A DNA stretch of 57,212 bases from contig JBFYPU010000024.1 in the NCBI GenBank assembly GCA_041303175.1, forward strand, positions 1 to 57,212, read 5' to 3'. Position numbers and translations under genes: made by a program. Shown piece by piece: positions 19,436 through 28,046 of the stretch. Below the pieces are notes generated by a model, which was not told where the DNA came from, did not search any database, and saw nothing but the letters and a program-made list of their open reading frames with translations. Source of the stretch: Crocinitomicaceae bacterium (GTDB taxonomy: Bacteria; Bacteroidota; Bacteroidia; Flavobacteriales_D; Crocinitomicaceae). Each line of letters starts with the position of its first letter. The first letter of the stretch is position 1.

Positions 19436-20965
19436 ATGTCTGAGAGACCTGTACGCGTTCGATTCGCACCTTCACCCACTGGACCGCTTCACATGGGCGG
19501 TGTACGAACAGCTTTGTATAATTACCTGTTCGCTAAAAAACATGGCGGAACATTCATTATCCGCATCGAGGATACGGATCAAACACGATTTGTTACGGGG
19601 GCGCAAGAATACATCATGGACGCAATGGCATGGTGCGGAATTATGCCAACCGAGGGTCCGGGAATTGGTGGAAACTATGGTCCTTACGTACAATCAGAAC
19701 GCATGTCAATGTACCGTGAATATGCCGATCGCTTGGTGAATGAAGATAAAGCTTATTTGGCCTTTGATACCGCCGAAGATTTGGACACAATGCGCGAACA
19801 AGCCAAACAAATGGGAATGCCGAATTGGCAATACAATAGCACGACACGGGTTTCAATGAAAAACTCGTTGACTTTACCGGCTGATGAAGTACAACGTAGA
19901 TTGGACGCCAATGAACCGTATGTTATTCGAATGAAAATGCCACGCAACCGTGACGTCCGATTTGAAGATATTATTCGCGGATGGGTTGTTGTGAACACAA
20001 ATAATTTGGACGATAAAGTGCTTTTCAAATCAGATGGAATGCCTACTTATCATTTGGCAAACATTGTAGACGACCACACCATGGAAATTAGTCACGTGAT
20101 TCGTGGTGAAGAATGGTTACCCTCTGCCCCGCTGCACGTTTTGCTCTACGAAGCCTTCGAATGGGAGGCTCCACAATTCGCACACTTGCCATTGCTGTTG
20201 AGACCTGACGGAAACGGAAAACTCTCGAAGCGCGATGGTGATCGTCTTGGGTTCCCTGTTTTTCCAACAAAATGGGTGGCTGCTGACGGTGAAATCTATT
20301 CAGGATACCGAGAAAATGGTTATTTCCCAGAAGCGTTCATCAATATGCTTGCATTCCTAGGTTGGAATCCTGGAACGACACAGGAGATCTTTTCTTTGGA
20401 TGAATTGTGTGAAGCATTTACGCTTGAGCGTGTGGCGAAAGCAGGCGCAAAATTTGATGCCGACAAAACCCGATGGTTTCAATCACACTATCTCCGAGCT
20501 ACACCAAATGAAGAGCTAGCCTTACAATTATCGCAAATATTAACTGATAAACACGATTTAGCATCGTTAACTACAGTTTGCGGCTTAATGAAAGAGCGAG
20601 CAACATTCGTGGAAGATATCCTAACTGAAGGATCCTTTTTACTTGGAAAACCAGAGTCGTATGACGAAGCAACAGTTAGCAAAAAATGGAATGAAAACGC
20701 GGCAGGACTGATGCTCGATTGGAAGGTGAAACTTGAAAATCTAAGTTCGTTTGAAGCTTCAACCATTGAAGAAGCGTTTAAGGCTTTTATTGCAGAGAAA
20801 GAAATGGGTATCGGTGCTGTTCTCCCGCTCTTCCGTTTGCTCATTACTGGAAAAGGAATGGGCCCAAGTATGTTTGAAATTTCAGCATTCTTGGGGAAAT
20901 CAGAATGCTTAGAGCGCATTGACTTGGGCATCGTTGCATTGGCAAAGCATACGGCAAACGTATAA
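19436..20965 (+). CDS. gltX: Glutamate--tRNA ligase
   Basis: 509 aa. HIGH-type motif PSPTGPLHMGGVRTA and KMSKS-type motif KLSKR. Confidence 0.95.
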   Translation: MSERPVRVRFAPSPTGPLHMGGVRTALYNYLFAKKHGGTFIIRIEDTDQTRFVTGAQEYIMDAMAWCGIMPTEGPGIGGNYGPYVQSERMSMYREYADRLVNEDKAYLAFDTAEDLDTMREQAKQMGMPNWQYNSTTRVSMKNSLTLPADEVQRRLDANEPYVIRMKMPRNRDVRFEDIIRGWVVVNTNNLDDKVLFKSDGMPTYHLANIVDDHTMEISHVIRGEEWLPSAPLHVLLYEAFEWEAPQFAHLPLLLRPDGNGKLSKRDGDRLGFPVFPTKWVAADGEIYSGYRENGYFPEAFINMLAFLGWNPGTTQEIFSLDELCEAFTLERVAKAGAKFDADKTRWFQSHYLRATPNEELALQLSQILTDKHDLASLTTVCGLMKERATFVEDILTEGSFLLGKPESYDEATVSKKWNENAAGLMLDWKVKLENLSSFEASTIEEAFKAFIAEKEMGIGAVLPLFRLLITGKGMGPSMFEISAFLGKSECLERIDLGIVALAKHTANV

Positions 20966-20968
20966 ACC

Positions 20969-21322
20969 ATGGTGCACATTATCGAGGTTAACGGGATCAA
21001 ATGCTATGCACATCACGGGTGCTTGCCTGAAGAGGAACTGATTGGCGGACACTACGTAGTTGACGTGCAAATGCACACAAATTTTAGCGAGGCAGCAAAA
21101 ACAGACGATTTATCTAAAACAATAGATTACGTTCAGGTGAATGCCATTGTTCGTGAAGAAGTTGCCATCCGCTCTAAATTGATCGAACAGGTTGGACAAC
21201 GCATTGTTTCAAGACTAAAGCGGGAAATAAATGGCATCCACAAGCTACGCGTGAAGCTTACGAAATTGTCGCCCCCTATTAACGGCGATGTAGATAACGT
21301 TGCAATAATTATCGAAGAGTAA
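20969..21322 (+). CDS. folB: Dihydroneopterin aldolase
   Basis: 117 aa. The size and the motif GIKCYAHHGCLPEEELIGGHYVVDV...DDLSKTIDY fit FolB. Confidence 0.8.
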   Translation: MVHIIEVNGIKCYAHHGCLPEEELIGGHYVVDVQMHTNFSEAAKTDDLSKTIDYVQVNAIVREEVAIRSKLIEQVGQRIVSRLKREINGIHKLRVKLTKLSPPINGDVDNVAIIIEE

Positions 21323-21359
21323 CGCGAAGACTTAAATTATTCTTACATTTGCGCTCCCT

Positions 21360-21430
21360 GGTTTCGTGGCCGAGTGGCTAGGCAGAGGTCTGCAAAACCT
21401 TCTACAGCGGTTCGAATCCGCTCGAAACCT
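21360..21430 (+). tRNA. tRNA-Cys (anticodon GCA)
   Basis: I folded the cloverleaf by hand. Acceptor GGTTTCG/CGAAACC, U8, D stem GCC/GGC, anticodon stem GAGGT/ACCTT with loop CTGCAAA, variable loop CTAC, T arm AGCGG-TTCGAAT-CCGCT, discriminator U73 (the Cys identity base). CCA is not encoded. Confidence 0.9.
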
Positions 21431-21436
21431 CGAAAA

Positions 21437-21471
21437 CCCCTTATACATTTGTATTTAAGGGGTTTTTTTTT
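21437..21471 (+). terminator. Rho-independent terminator after tRNA-Cys
   Basis: CCCCTTA (21437-21443) pairs with TAAGGGG (21456-21462) and is followed by a nine-T run. Confidence 0.75.
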
Positions 21472-21617
21472 CCATGTATTGTTGTGTCTGGAACTTGTAC
21501 AATCTGACGGTGTTTATCAATTTTACACTTTGCTTGATCACCCATTCATCCATAAATAGATCTTCTCAAACTGAATGATGCGGGTTGAATTCCACTATCC
21601 TTTCAAATATTAAAGCT

Positions 21618-21625
21618 TACCTTTG
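21618..21625 (+). promoter_or_regulatory. Candidate -7 promoter box (TAnnTTTG) for the reductase operon
   Basis: TACCTTTG lies 24 nt upstream of ATG 21650. It overlaps the TTG start used by the ORF track at 21623, which favours the 21650 start. Confidence 0.3.
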
Positions 21626-21649
21626 CAAAAATTTCAAGTTAGCACATTT

Positions 21650-22645
21650 ATGAAAATATTGGTGACCGGTCCAGACGGTGTATTAGGGAGTAATGTGGTT
21701 CGTGAATTACTTTCGCGCAATCACGAAGTTAGCGTGATGCTCATGGACGCGTCTGCTCCAACACCAACGCTCGACGGTTTGACCATTCAACGGTTTTATG
21801 GAAACATTTTGAATCCGAGCGATTTAGATTCAGCGTTTCCTGGACACGAAGTCGTCATTCATTGTGCAGCGGCAACGTCGATGTATCCGCCGCGCGATAC
21901 GTTTGTCAACAAGGTAAATATTGGTGGTAGCGAAAACGTGATTAATGCCGTCTTGAAACATTCGATTCAACGCTTGATTTATGTAGGAACTGCGAATTCG
22001 CACGGTTATGGCGACGCTAAAGACCCAGGGAAAGAGGGAAATCCATACATCTCGATCAAATATGGATCAGATTACATGGATTCTAAACGAAAAGCGCAAG
22101 AGCTTGTTTTTGAGGCTGTAAAAACTCGAAATCTTCCTGCATTGGTGGTAAATCCAACGTTTATGCTCGGACCTTATGATTCAAAACCGAGTTCGGGCGC
22201 GATGATTGTGGCGGTGCACCAAGGAAAAGTGCCCGGCTATACAGGTGGTGGAAAAAATTTCGTGGCGGTAAAAGATGTCGCGGTTGCCATTGCGAATGCG
22301 GTGACGATGGGAAGAATTGGAGAATCATACATCCTTGGAAACGAGAATTTGACTTTCCACGAGGCATTTGATATGATCGCCGAAACGATTGGCGCCAAAA
22401 AAATTAAATTCAAACTACCCAACTTCATTGTGAAATCGTATGGCGCAATGACTTCCTTTTTTGCAAAAGTGTTTAAGTTCACTCCTGCCGTTACCAAAGA
22501 GTTGGCGATCATTTCATGCGATACACACTATTATTCTTCCGAAAAAGCTCGTGCCGAGTTGCTTTTACCACAAACACCTGTGAAAGAAGCGGTTGCTGAA
22601 TGCTTTGCTTGGTTGAAGGAAAATGGTTATTTAGATAAAAAATAG
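21650..22645 (+). CDS. NAD-dependent epimerase/dehydratase-family (extended SDR) reductase
   Basis: I moved the start to MKILVTGPDGVLG (the GxxGxxG Rossmann motif). Catalytic YxxxK is present in YMDSKRK. The sequence resembles dihydroflavonol-reductase or HpnA-like enzymes. Confidence 0.8.
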   Translation: MKILVTGPDGVLGSNVVRELLSRNHEVSVMLMDASAPTPTLDGLTIQRFYGNILNPSDLDSAFPGHEVVIHCAAATSMYPPRDTFVNKVNIGGSENVINAVLKHSIQRLIYVGTANSHGYGDAKDPGKEGNPYISIKYGSDYMDSKRKAQELVFEAVKTRNLPALVVNPTFMLGPYDSKPSSGAMIVAVHQGKVPGYTGGGKNFVAVKDVAVAIANAVTMGRIGESYILGNENLTFHEAFDMIAETIGAKKIKFKLPNFIVKSYGAMTSFFAKVFKFTPAVTKELAIISCDTHYYSSEKARAELLLPQTPVKEAVAECFAWLKENGYLDKK

Positions 22646-23449
22646 ATGTTCAAAGATAAAGTCATAGTGATTACAGGCTCGGTTCAGGGAATCGGGAAAC
22701 GAACTGCAGAATTGTTTGCGGAGCGCGGAGCGAAGGTCATAATCAATTCCCGCACGGAATCAAAAGTTGTTGCGACGGTTGCAGAGCTTGAAGGCAAGGG
22801 ATATGACGTGCTAGGAATTGCGGGTGACGTTTCCGATTTTGATTTCTGCATGGACATGAAAAAGCAAGTTGTTGCAAAATACGGCCGAGTTGATTATTTG
22901 ATTAACAATGCAGGATTGGCAGCAAAAGGAACCATTTCAGCAACTGAGGCGGCGGTATATGAAAAGATGTATGCCGTGAATGTGCTCGGAAGTTTGTATC
23001 CAACGATGGCGTTTCTACCTGAAATCAAACAGGTAAAAGGCGGCGTACTATTCGTTTCTTCGATGGCTGGAATCATTGGTTTGCCGAGTTATTCTGCCTA
23101 TTCTGGGACCAAGCGTTCCATTGTTAGTTTGGCAGAAAGCTTGAAAAATGAATTGGTGGATGATGAAGTGTATATCGGGGTGAATTATCCCGGGTTCACA
23201 GAAAACGATGTTCAAAAAGAGATTTTAACGCCAAGTGGTGAGTCAAAAGTGATGGTGAAACGTACAGATGTGAAAGTGGAGCCACTCGACAAAACAGTAA
23301 ATAAGATTATTCGACAAATTGAAAAACGTAAATTCCGTTCCTATACTTCATACAAAGGTCGGGCATTGCAAACAATGTATCGCCTTTTTCCAACGCTATC
23401 GCTTGCGGTATTAAAAAAGAATAGACGGAAGATAATGGATATGCAATAA
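22646..23449 (+). CDS. Classical short-chain dehydrogenase/reductase
   Basis: 267 aa. TGSVQGIGKRTA (TGxxxGIG), NNAG, and catalytic YSAYSGTKRS (YxxxK). It starts 1 nt after the stop of the preceding gene. Confidence 0.85.
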   Translation: MFKDKVIVITGSVQGIGKRTAELFAERGAKVIINSRTESKVVATVAELEGKGYDVLGIAGDVSDFDFCMDMKKQVVAKYGRVDYLINNAGLAAKGTISATEAAVYEKMYAVNVLGSLYPTMAFLPEIKQVKGGVLFVSSMAGIIGLPSYSAYSGTKRSIVSLAESLKNELVDDEVYIGVNYPGFTENDVQKEILTPSGESKVMVKRTDVKVEPLDKTVNKIIRQIEKRKFRSYTSYKGRALQTMYRLFPTLSLAVLKKNRRKIMDMQ

Positions 23450-24201
23450 TGTTAATTGGTAAGGATTACGAAAAAATAGAATTCAATTTTTATGGTTTCG
23501 ACTTTGTTGAACCGAACGCTTTGTATGGTGATGTTATCATTGCCATTTTCGCTCTCTATTTCGGGGTCTTGACCCGACGCTATTTTAAACAAACAGGTTT
23601 ACTCTTTTTCAAGCATTGGACATGGTTTTTTAATGTCTTTGGCTACGGATTTATTCTGGGTGGACTGGGCCATTTTTGCTACAACTACTTCGGAATTCCG
23701 GGTAAAATTCCATCGTGGTATTCGGGTATTATTTCAACGATGTACATTGAACTCGCAATGGCCTCACTCTTGCCAACAGCACGTTATTATCAATTGGCGC
23801 GGTTTTTCTACATCAAAACATTTATCATCTGTTTGATACAATTGTATTTTATCCTCTTTATTGACTTGGAAAAAGAACCCGGAATTGGCTTGATTGGACC
23901 CACTTTGGCATCACTCACAGGCCTGATCACTTCACTCGGGGTGTTGGGAGCGCGTTTTTCGAAGAGCATCTACCCCGATTTTTGGTACTTATGGCTCAGT
24001 ATTATTGTTGTGTTCCCCTCCGTGATTTTTCAAGCGATGAAAATCAACTTCCACCAATGGTTTGACCGAAACGATGTGAGCCATGTGCTAATGCTCGGCA
24101 ACATAATACTCTATTTTATGGCTGTTCGCGGTTACTTTCGTTTCCAAACAGATTCAGATCTCGGGAAAAAGTCGATTGAAGAACGCGGGGCTCTTTCCTA
24201 G
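23449..24201 (+). CDS. Polytopic integral membrane protein of unknown function
   Basis: 250 aa with about 7 predicted hydrophobic helices and a conserved-looking C-terminal motif, WFDRNDVSHVLMLGNIILYF. It overlaps the SDR stop by 1 nt. Confidence 0.6.
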   Translation: MLIGKDYEKIEFNFYGFDFVEPNALYGDVIIAIFALYFGVLTRRYFKQTGLLFFKHWTWFFNVFGYGFILGGLGHFCYNYFGIPGKIPSWYSGIISTMYIELAMASLLPTARYYQLARFFYIKTFIICLIQLYFILFIDLEKEPGIGLIGPTLASLTGLITSLGVLGARFSKSIYPDFWYLWLSIIVVFPSVIFQAMKINFHQWFDRNDVSHVLMLGNIILYFMAVRGYFRFQTDSDLGKKSIEERGALS

Positions 24202-25049
24202 CGTTTAATCGTTAATTGCTCGTAAATAGGAAAAGGATTTCCTTCCGAATCGTATGCTGAAACCATGTACATATATGTTCCGTCTGGAACTATTTCACCT
24301 GAGCGGATATCAAGCCCATTCCATGTAAACGCAGGATCAGTGGATTTAAAAACAATATCACCTTTCGGATCAAATACCACAATTGAGAAATCTGTCAGCC
24401 CTTCGCTTTCGAGGAAAAACAGATCGTTCTCCTTGTCTCCATTTGGTGTGAATACGTTGGGGTATTTTTTGATTGGCTGCAGCGTCGATTCTTGACTCAC
24501 ATCTTCGGGCAAATTACTCGACGGCTTGCCATAATTGGTCATTCCTGCATAGGTAATCCCTTGAACAATGGTTGGCTCTTTAGTGTCCGAAGCTAGTCTA
24601 GGGATTCTATTTGGAATAAGTCTGTTAACTTCAGGGAATGTCTCACGCGGAGGATTTAGCCCGCTTGTAGGTTTCGTAGACGGTGCAAGTGTTTGTTTTC
24701 CTGTTGCTTTAGCATTGCTCACCGCTGGCTGCACGGATTCGTTAATTGTAACAACCTCTTCGGTTTGAGGTTGATCGGTTTGCGCCTCGTTAGAAACTTC
24801 CTGTTCTGGCGTTTTGTTTTCATTCGGTGCATCCGTTGAATTGATAACAACCACTGTTGCAATGGCCGCAGCAGAAACGCCGATTCCAATAGCTATTTTA
24901 GTAAATAAAGAAAGTCCGGCTGCAACGGTAGTTGTTGCACCAGCAGCCACTTGCGATGAAATCTTTGCCCACAATTCTGGGTTGACTTTCGCTTCGTAGT
25001 TCCCTAGTTTTTGGGAAAACAGTTCCTTAATGTTGTCTTTACCTTCCAA
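24198..25049 (-). CDS. Single-pass membrane protein in the anti-sigma position, with a gliding-motility-associated (T9SS type-B) C-terminal domain
   Basis: 283 aa. It has a hydrophilic N-terminus (ELFSQKLGNYEAKVNPELWAKI), a TM helix (LFTKIAIGIGVSAAAIATVVVI) and a P/T/Q-rich linker. The C-terminus is PNVFTPNGDKENDLFFLES...FTWNGLDIRSGEIVPDGTYMYMV. It overlaps the ECF sigma gene by 11 nt. Confidence 0.7.
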   Translation of the reverse strand: MEGKDNIKELFSQKLGNYEAKVNPELWAKISSQVAAGATTTVAAGLSLFTKIAIGIGVSAAAIATVVVINSTDAPNENKTPEQEVSNEAQTDQPQTEEVVTINESVQPAVSNAKATGKQTLAPSTKPTSGLNPPRETFPEVNRLIPNRIPRLASDTKEPTIVQGITYAGMTNYGKPSSNLPEDVSQESTLQPIKKYPNVFTPNGDKENDLFFLESEGLTDFSIVVFDPKGDIVFKSTDPAFTWNGLDIRSGEIVPDGTYMYMVSAYDSEGNPFPIYEQLTIKR

Positions 25050-25575
25050 TTTCCAATTCTTCTACTTTCATTCTTAAATACGCTTTTGCGCGCGAATACT
25101 GCGATTTTGACGTGTTTTCAGTCACCCCAAGCTGCTCACCTATTTCTTTGTGTGAGTAACCTTCAATCGCGAACATGTTGAACACCGTTCGATAGCCATC
25201 TGGCATTTCTTGAATCAATTTGAGCAAATCTTCTTCCATTAAAGAAGCCAATGCATCAGAATCAGATTCCACCTTGTATTCCACATCCTCCATGGAAACA
25301 TTTGCGTTGAATTTGTTATTCTTTCGAATGTGATCCAATGCTGTGTTTACCATAATTCGGCGCACCCACCCCTCTAATGATCCTTCACCTGAATACTTGT
25401 CCAGCTTTGTAAATACTTTCACAAAACCATCTTGCATCACGTCCTCTGCTTGTTCCGTATCCTTTGTATACCGCAAACAAACACCCATCATTTTTGGGGC
25501 GTACCTTTCAAACAACTTCCGCTGAGCCAATTGATCTCCTTCAACACACTTATTTGCTAACGTTCTTTCATCCAT
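25039..25575 (-). CDS. ECF-type RNA polymerase sigma-70 factor
   Basis: 178 aa. Region 2 (LFERYAPKMMGVCLRYT, EDVMQDGFVKVF) and region 4 (YRTVFNMFAIEGYSHKEIGEQLGVTENTSKSQYSRAK). Confidence 0.9.
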   Translation of the reverse strand: MDERTLANKCVEGDQLAQRKLFERYAPKMMGVCLRYTKDTEQAEDVMQDGFVKVFTKLDKYSGEGSLEGWVRRIMVNTALDHIRKNNKFNANVSMEDVEYKVESDSDALASLMEEDLLKLIQEMPDGYRTVFNMFAIEGYSHKEIGEQLGVTENTSKSQYSRAKAYLRMKVEELEIGR

Positions 25576-25648
25576 CGCTCGCGCTTATTACCTAGACTAC
25601 TATTGTTTAAAAAAGGTTGCATATTAACGAAAATCAACGCAAAAGAAG

Positions 25649-25656
25649 TATTTTTG
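25649..25656 (+). promoter_or_regulatory. Candidate -7 promoter box (TAnnTTTG) for the TlpA-like gene
   Basis: TATTTTTG lies 19 nt upstream of ATG 25675. Confidence 0.3.
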
Positions 25657-25674
25657 ATTCACCAAAAACAGTAA

Positions 25675-26910
25675 ATGAGGATTTTTCTACTCCTAGCATG
25701 TCTCCTGCTAACATCTTATTCAAACGCCCAAAAGTCAAATCATATTGCTCTTAAACCGGGAAATTGGATCGCTGAACTTGCTTTGAACACATCGGACAAT
25801 CTTCCCTTTAATATGGTCGTCACAAAAACAACAACAGGTTACGGGTTCAAGGTTGAAAACGGCGATGAAATGATAGAACTCACTGAAGCTGAGCAAAAAG
25901 GAGACTCATTATATGTTCGTTTTCCTTTCTTCAATTCGATGTTGGTATTTGCAGCAGACTCTAAACGCTCGATCAGTGGCTATTGGGTCAACTTCAACAA
26001 AGGCCCTAATTACAAAATTCCTTTTCATTCAAATAAACAACGCTCTGAACGGTTTTCATTTGCAAAAAAGAAAATAATGGATACTTCCATTGATGGTAAA
26101 TGGGAAGTAACCTTTGAGCCTCGCACAAATTCAGCTTATCCGGCGGTTGGTGTTTTTGAACAGGTGGAAGGAAAAAGTGAAATTTCAGGTACGTTTTTGA
26201 CCGAAACCGGAGACTACCGTTTTTTGGATGGAAATATAGTCGGTGATAGCCTGTTTTTATCCTGCTTTGATGGATCCCATGCATTTTTATTCAAGGCTGC
26301 TATTGTAAATGATTCATTGAAAGGTCAATTTTTTAGCGGTTCTCATTGGAAATCTTCCTGGGAAGGACAACGAAATGAACAAGCAATATTAAAAAGTCCT
26401 GAAGAGCTAACCTATATGGTGGACAGCAGCACTGTTGCATTCGCGTTAACCGACCTTGAGGGCAAGCCCTTTTCATTTCCAAATGAAAACTCTACTGGGA
26501 AGGTAACGATCATTCAAATTATGGGAACATGGTGTCCTAACTGTTTGGATGAAACAATGTATTACAAAGAACTTTACGAAGCATATCACAGTAAGGGATT
26601 GGAAATCATTTCGATTGCATATGAAACAGGCAATACAACGGAAGAATATGTGGCGAGCATCACACGACTCAAAAATAAACTTAATTTAAATTTCACGTTT
26701 CTTGTTGGTGGCGCAGCAAAAAAGAACTTGGCTTCCGAACATTTCAGTATGTTGAATGAAATTATATCGTTCCCAACCTCCATTTTTATTGGTCGAGATG
26801 GTCAGGTGAAACGCATACACACAGGTTTCAATGGTCCAGGCACAGGTGAGTACTACAGAGAATATGTAAGCAATACAAATTCGTTGATTGAAAATCTCCT
26901 CGCTGAATAA
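25675..26910 (+). CDS. TlpA/redoxin-family thiol-disulfide oxidoreductase with an N-terminal domain of unknown function
   Basis: 411 aa. Signal peptide, then a C-terminal thioredoxin fold with the active site GTWCPNC. Confidence 0.8.
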   Translation: MRIFLLLACLLLTSYSNAQKSNHIALKPGNWIAELALNTSDNLPFNMVVTKTTTGYGFKVENGDEMIELTEAEQKGDSLYVRFPFFNSMLVFAADSKRSISGYWVNFNKGPNYKIPFHSNKQRSERFSFAKKKIMDTSIDGKWEVTFEPRTNSAYPAVGVFEQVEGKSEISGTFLTETGDYRFLDGNIVGDSLFLSCFDGSHAFLFKAAIVNDSLKGQFFSGSHWKSSWEGQRNEQAILKSPEELTYMVDSSTVAFALTDLEGKPFSFPNENSTGKVTIIQIMGTWCPNCLDETMYYKELYEAYHSKGLEIISIAYETGNTTEEYVASITRLKNKLNLNFTFLVGGAAKKNLASEHFSMLNEIISFPTSIFIGRDGQVKRIHTGFNGPGTGEYYREYVSNTNSLIENLLAE

Positions 26911-26913
26911 GCT

Positions 26914-27351
26914 TTAAACACACGCTATTTTCTCGACGCGTCGCTCGTGTCTTCCCCCTTCAAAAGCCGTTGTAAGGAATGTATTCACCATTTCCAACCC
27001 TTCTTCAGTGGAAATAAACCGAGCGGGTAGCGCAATAATGTTTGCATTGTTGTGTAAACGTGCCAACTCCGCTAATTCATTCTTCCAGCACAATGCACTG
27101 CGCACACCTTGATGTTTATTGGCCGTCATATTGATTCCGTTTCCAGATCCACAAATCAAAATACCAAGCATTCCTTCATTTTGTTCAACCATCTCTGCCA
27201 CAGGATGACCAAAATCAGGGTAGTCAATGCTTTCTTCTGAATAACAACCAAAATCTTTCATTGTATATCCTACGGCTGTTAAATGACTAATTATAGCAGA
27301 TTTGAGTTCAAATCCTGCGTGATCTGCACCTATTGGAATGATTTTATTCAT
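26914..27351 (-). CDS. rpiB: Ribose-5-phosphate isomerase B
   Basis: 145 aa. IPIGADHAGFELK, ILICGSGNGINMTANK, and ALPARF. Confidence 0.9.
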   Translation of the reverse strand: MNKIIPIGADHAGFELKSAIISHLTAVGYTMKDFGCYSEESIDYPDFGHPVAEMVEQNEGMLGILICGSGNGINMTANKHQGVRSALCWKNELAELARLHNNANIIALPARFISTEEGLEMVNTFLTTAFEGGRHERRVEKIACV

Positions 27352-27456
27352 GGTTTTATTGACTTTTTTACAAAGCTACTCCTTATTAACAATTGATCCA
27401 AGTTTTAAACACTGGAATGATTTAACCAACCAAAACACGGGTGTTTCAGTGCCTAC

Positions 27457-27678
27457 TTATCCACGAAACTATGTGTTAAATTGTTAATACACGTTTACAA
27501 CTTTCCATATCTTTTTCTAGGATTCTACTAGATCTTGTATATACCATTAAATTATTTTCTTAACCTAGAAAAGTTTCGGTGAATTGTTGGCGACTTATCA
27601 GACTGTCATCCACAAAAATTTAACGTAAAGTTGAAGTGAAATAATCAACAACTTACAAATAAGTCTATATGTGGATAA
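27457..27678. promoter_or_regulatory. Cluster of three DnaA-box-like 9-mers in a long AT-rich intergenic region
   Basis: TTATCCACg at 27457-27465, TcATCCACA at 27606-27614, and a perfect TGTGGATAA (reverse complement of TTATCCACA) at 27670-27678. Confidence 0.35.
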
Positions 27679-28046
27679 GTGATTAAAAACGATAAAAACC
27701 AGTGCTTTATACCCTGAATAACCTGTTCATATCACAACGCTAAGTCGAACTATTTCTAAAAACAACTAAAATGAACAAATGTTCTAAACATATCAACACC
27801 CTTAATAAAGAATAATAGATTCTCTTTTATAAAAGATCTTTAAATTATTCTTTTAGTTCTTTCTCTGCTAAACGGAAAATTAGTTAATTCCATTTAAGTT
27901 GCTATCTTAGAGAAGGTTTAAATATAATTAACTGTAAAACAATTAGTTATATTAGTTAATGTGAAATAAATTGATCCAGTTTTCGATTGTTGAATGATCA
28001 TTCGGAAAAGAACAATTATCTTACTCATTCTTTTGGTTGATCAAGC

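Noticed and set aside
20488-21000. 170-aa minus-strand ORF over the 3-prime end of gltX
   Set aside because: It is antisense to a well-supported aminoacyl-tRNA synthetase gene and also runs into folB. It is a shadow ORF.
21374-21559. 61-aa ORF starting inside tRNA-Cys
   Set aside because: It overlaps a well-folded tRNA and its terminator, so it is not a plausible gene.
21360-24201. tRNA-Cys as a possible integration site for a genomic island
   Set aside because: There is no integrase, transposase or phage gene downstream. I did not spot a direct repeat of the tRNA 3-prime end. Composition does not visibly change.
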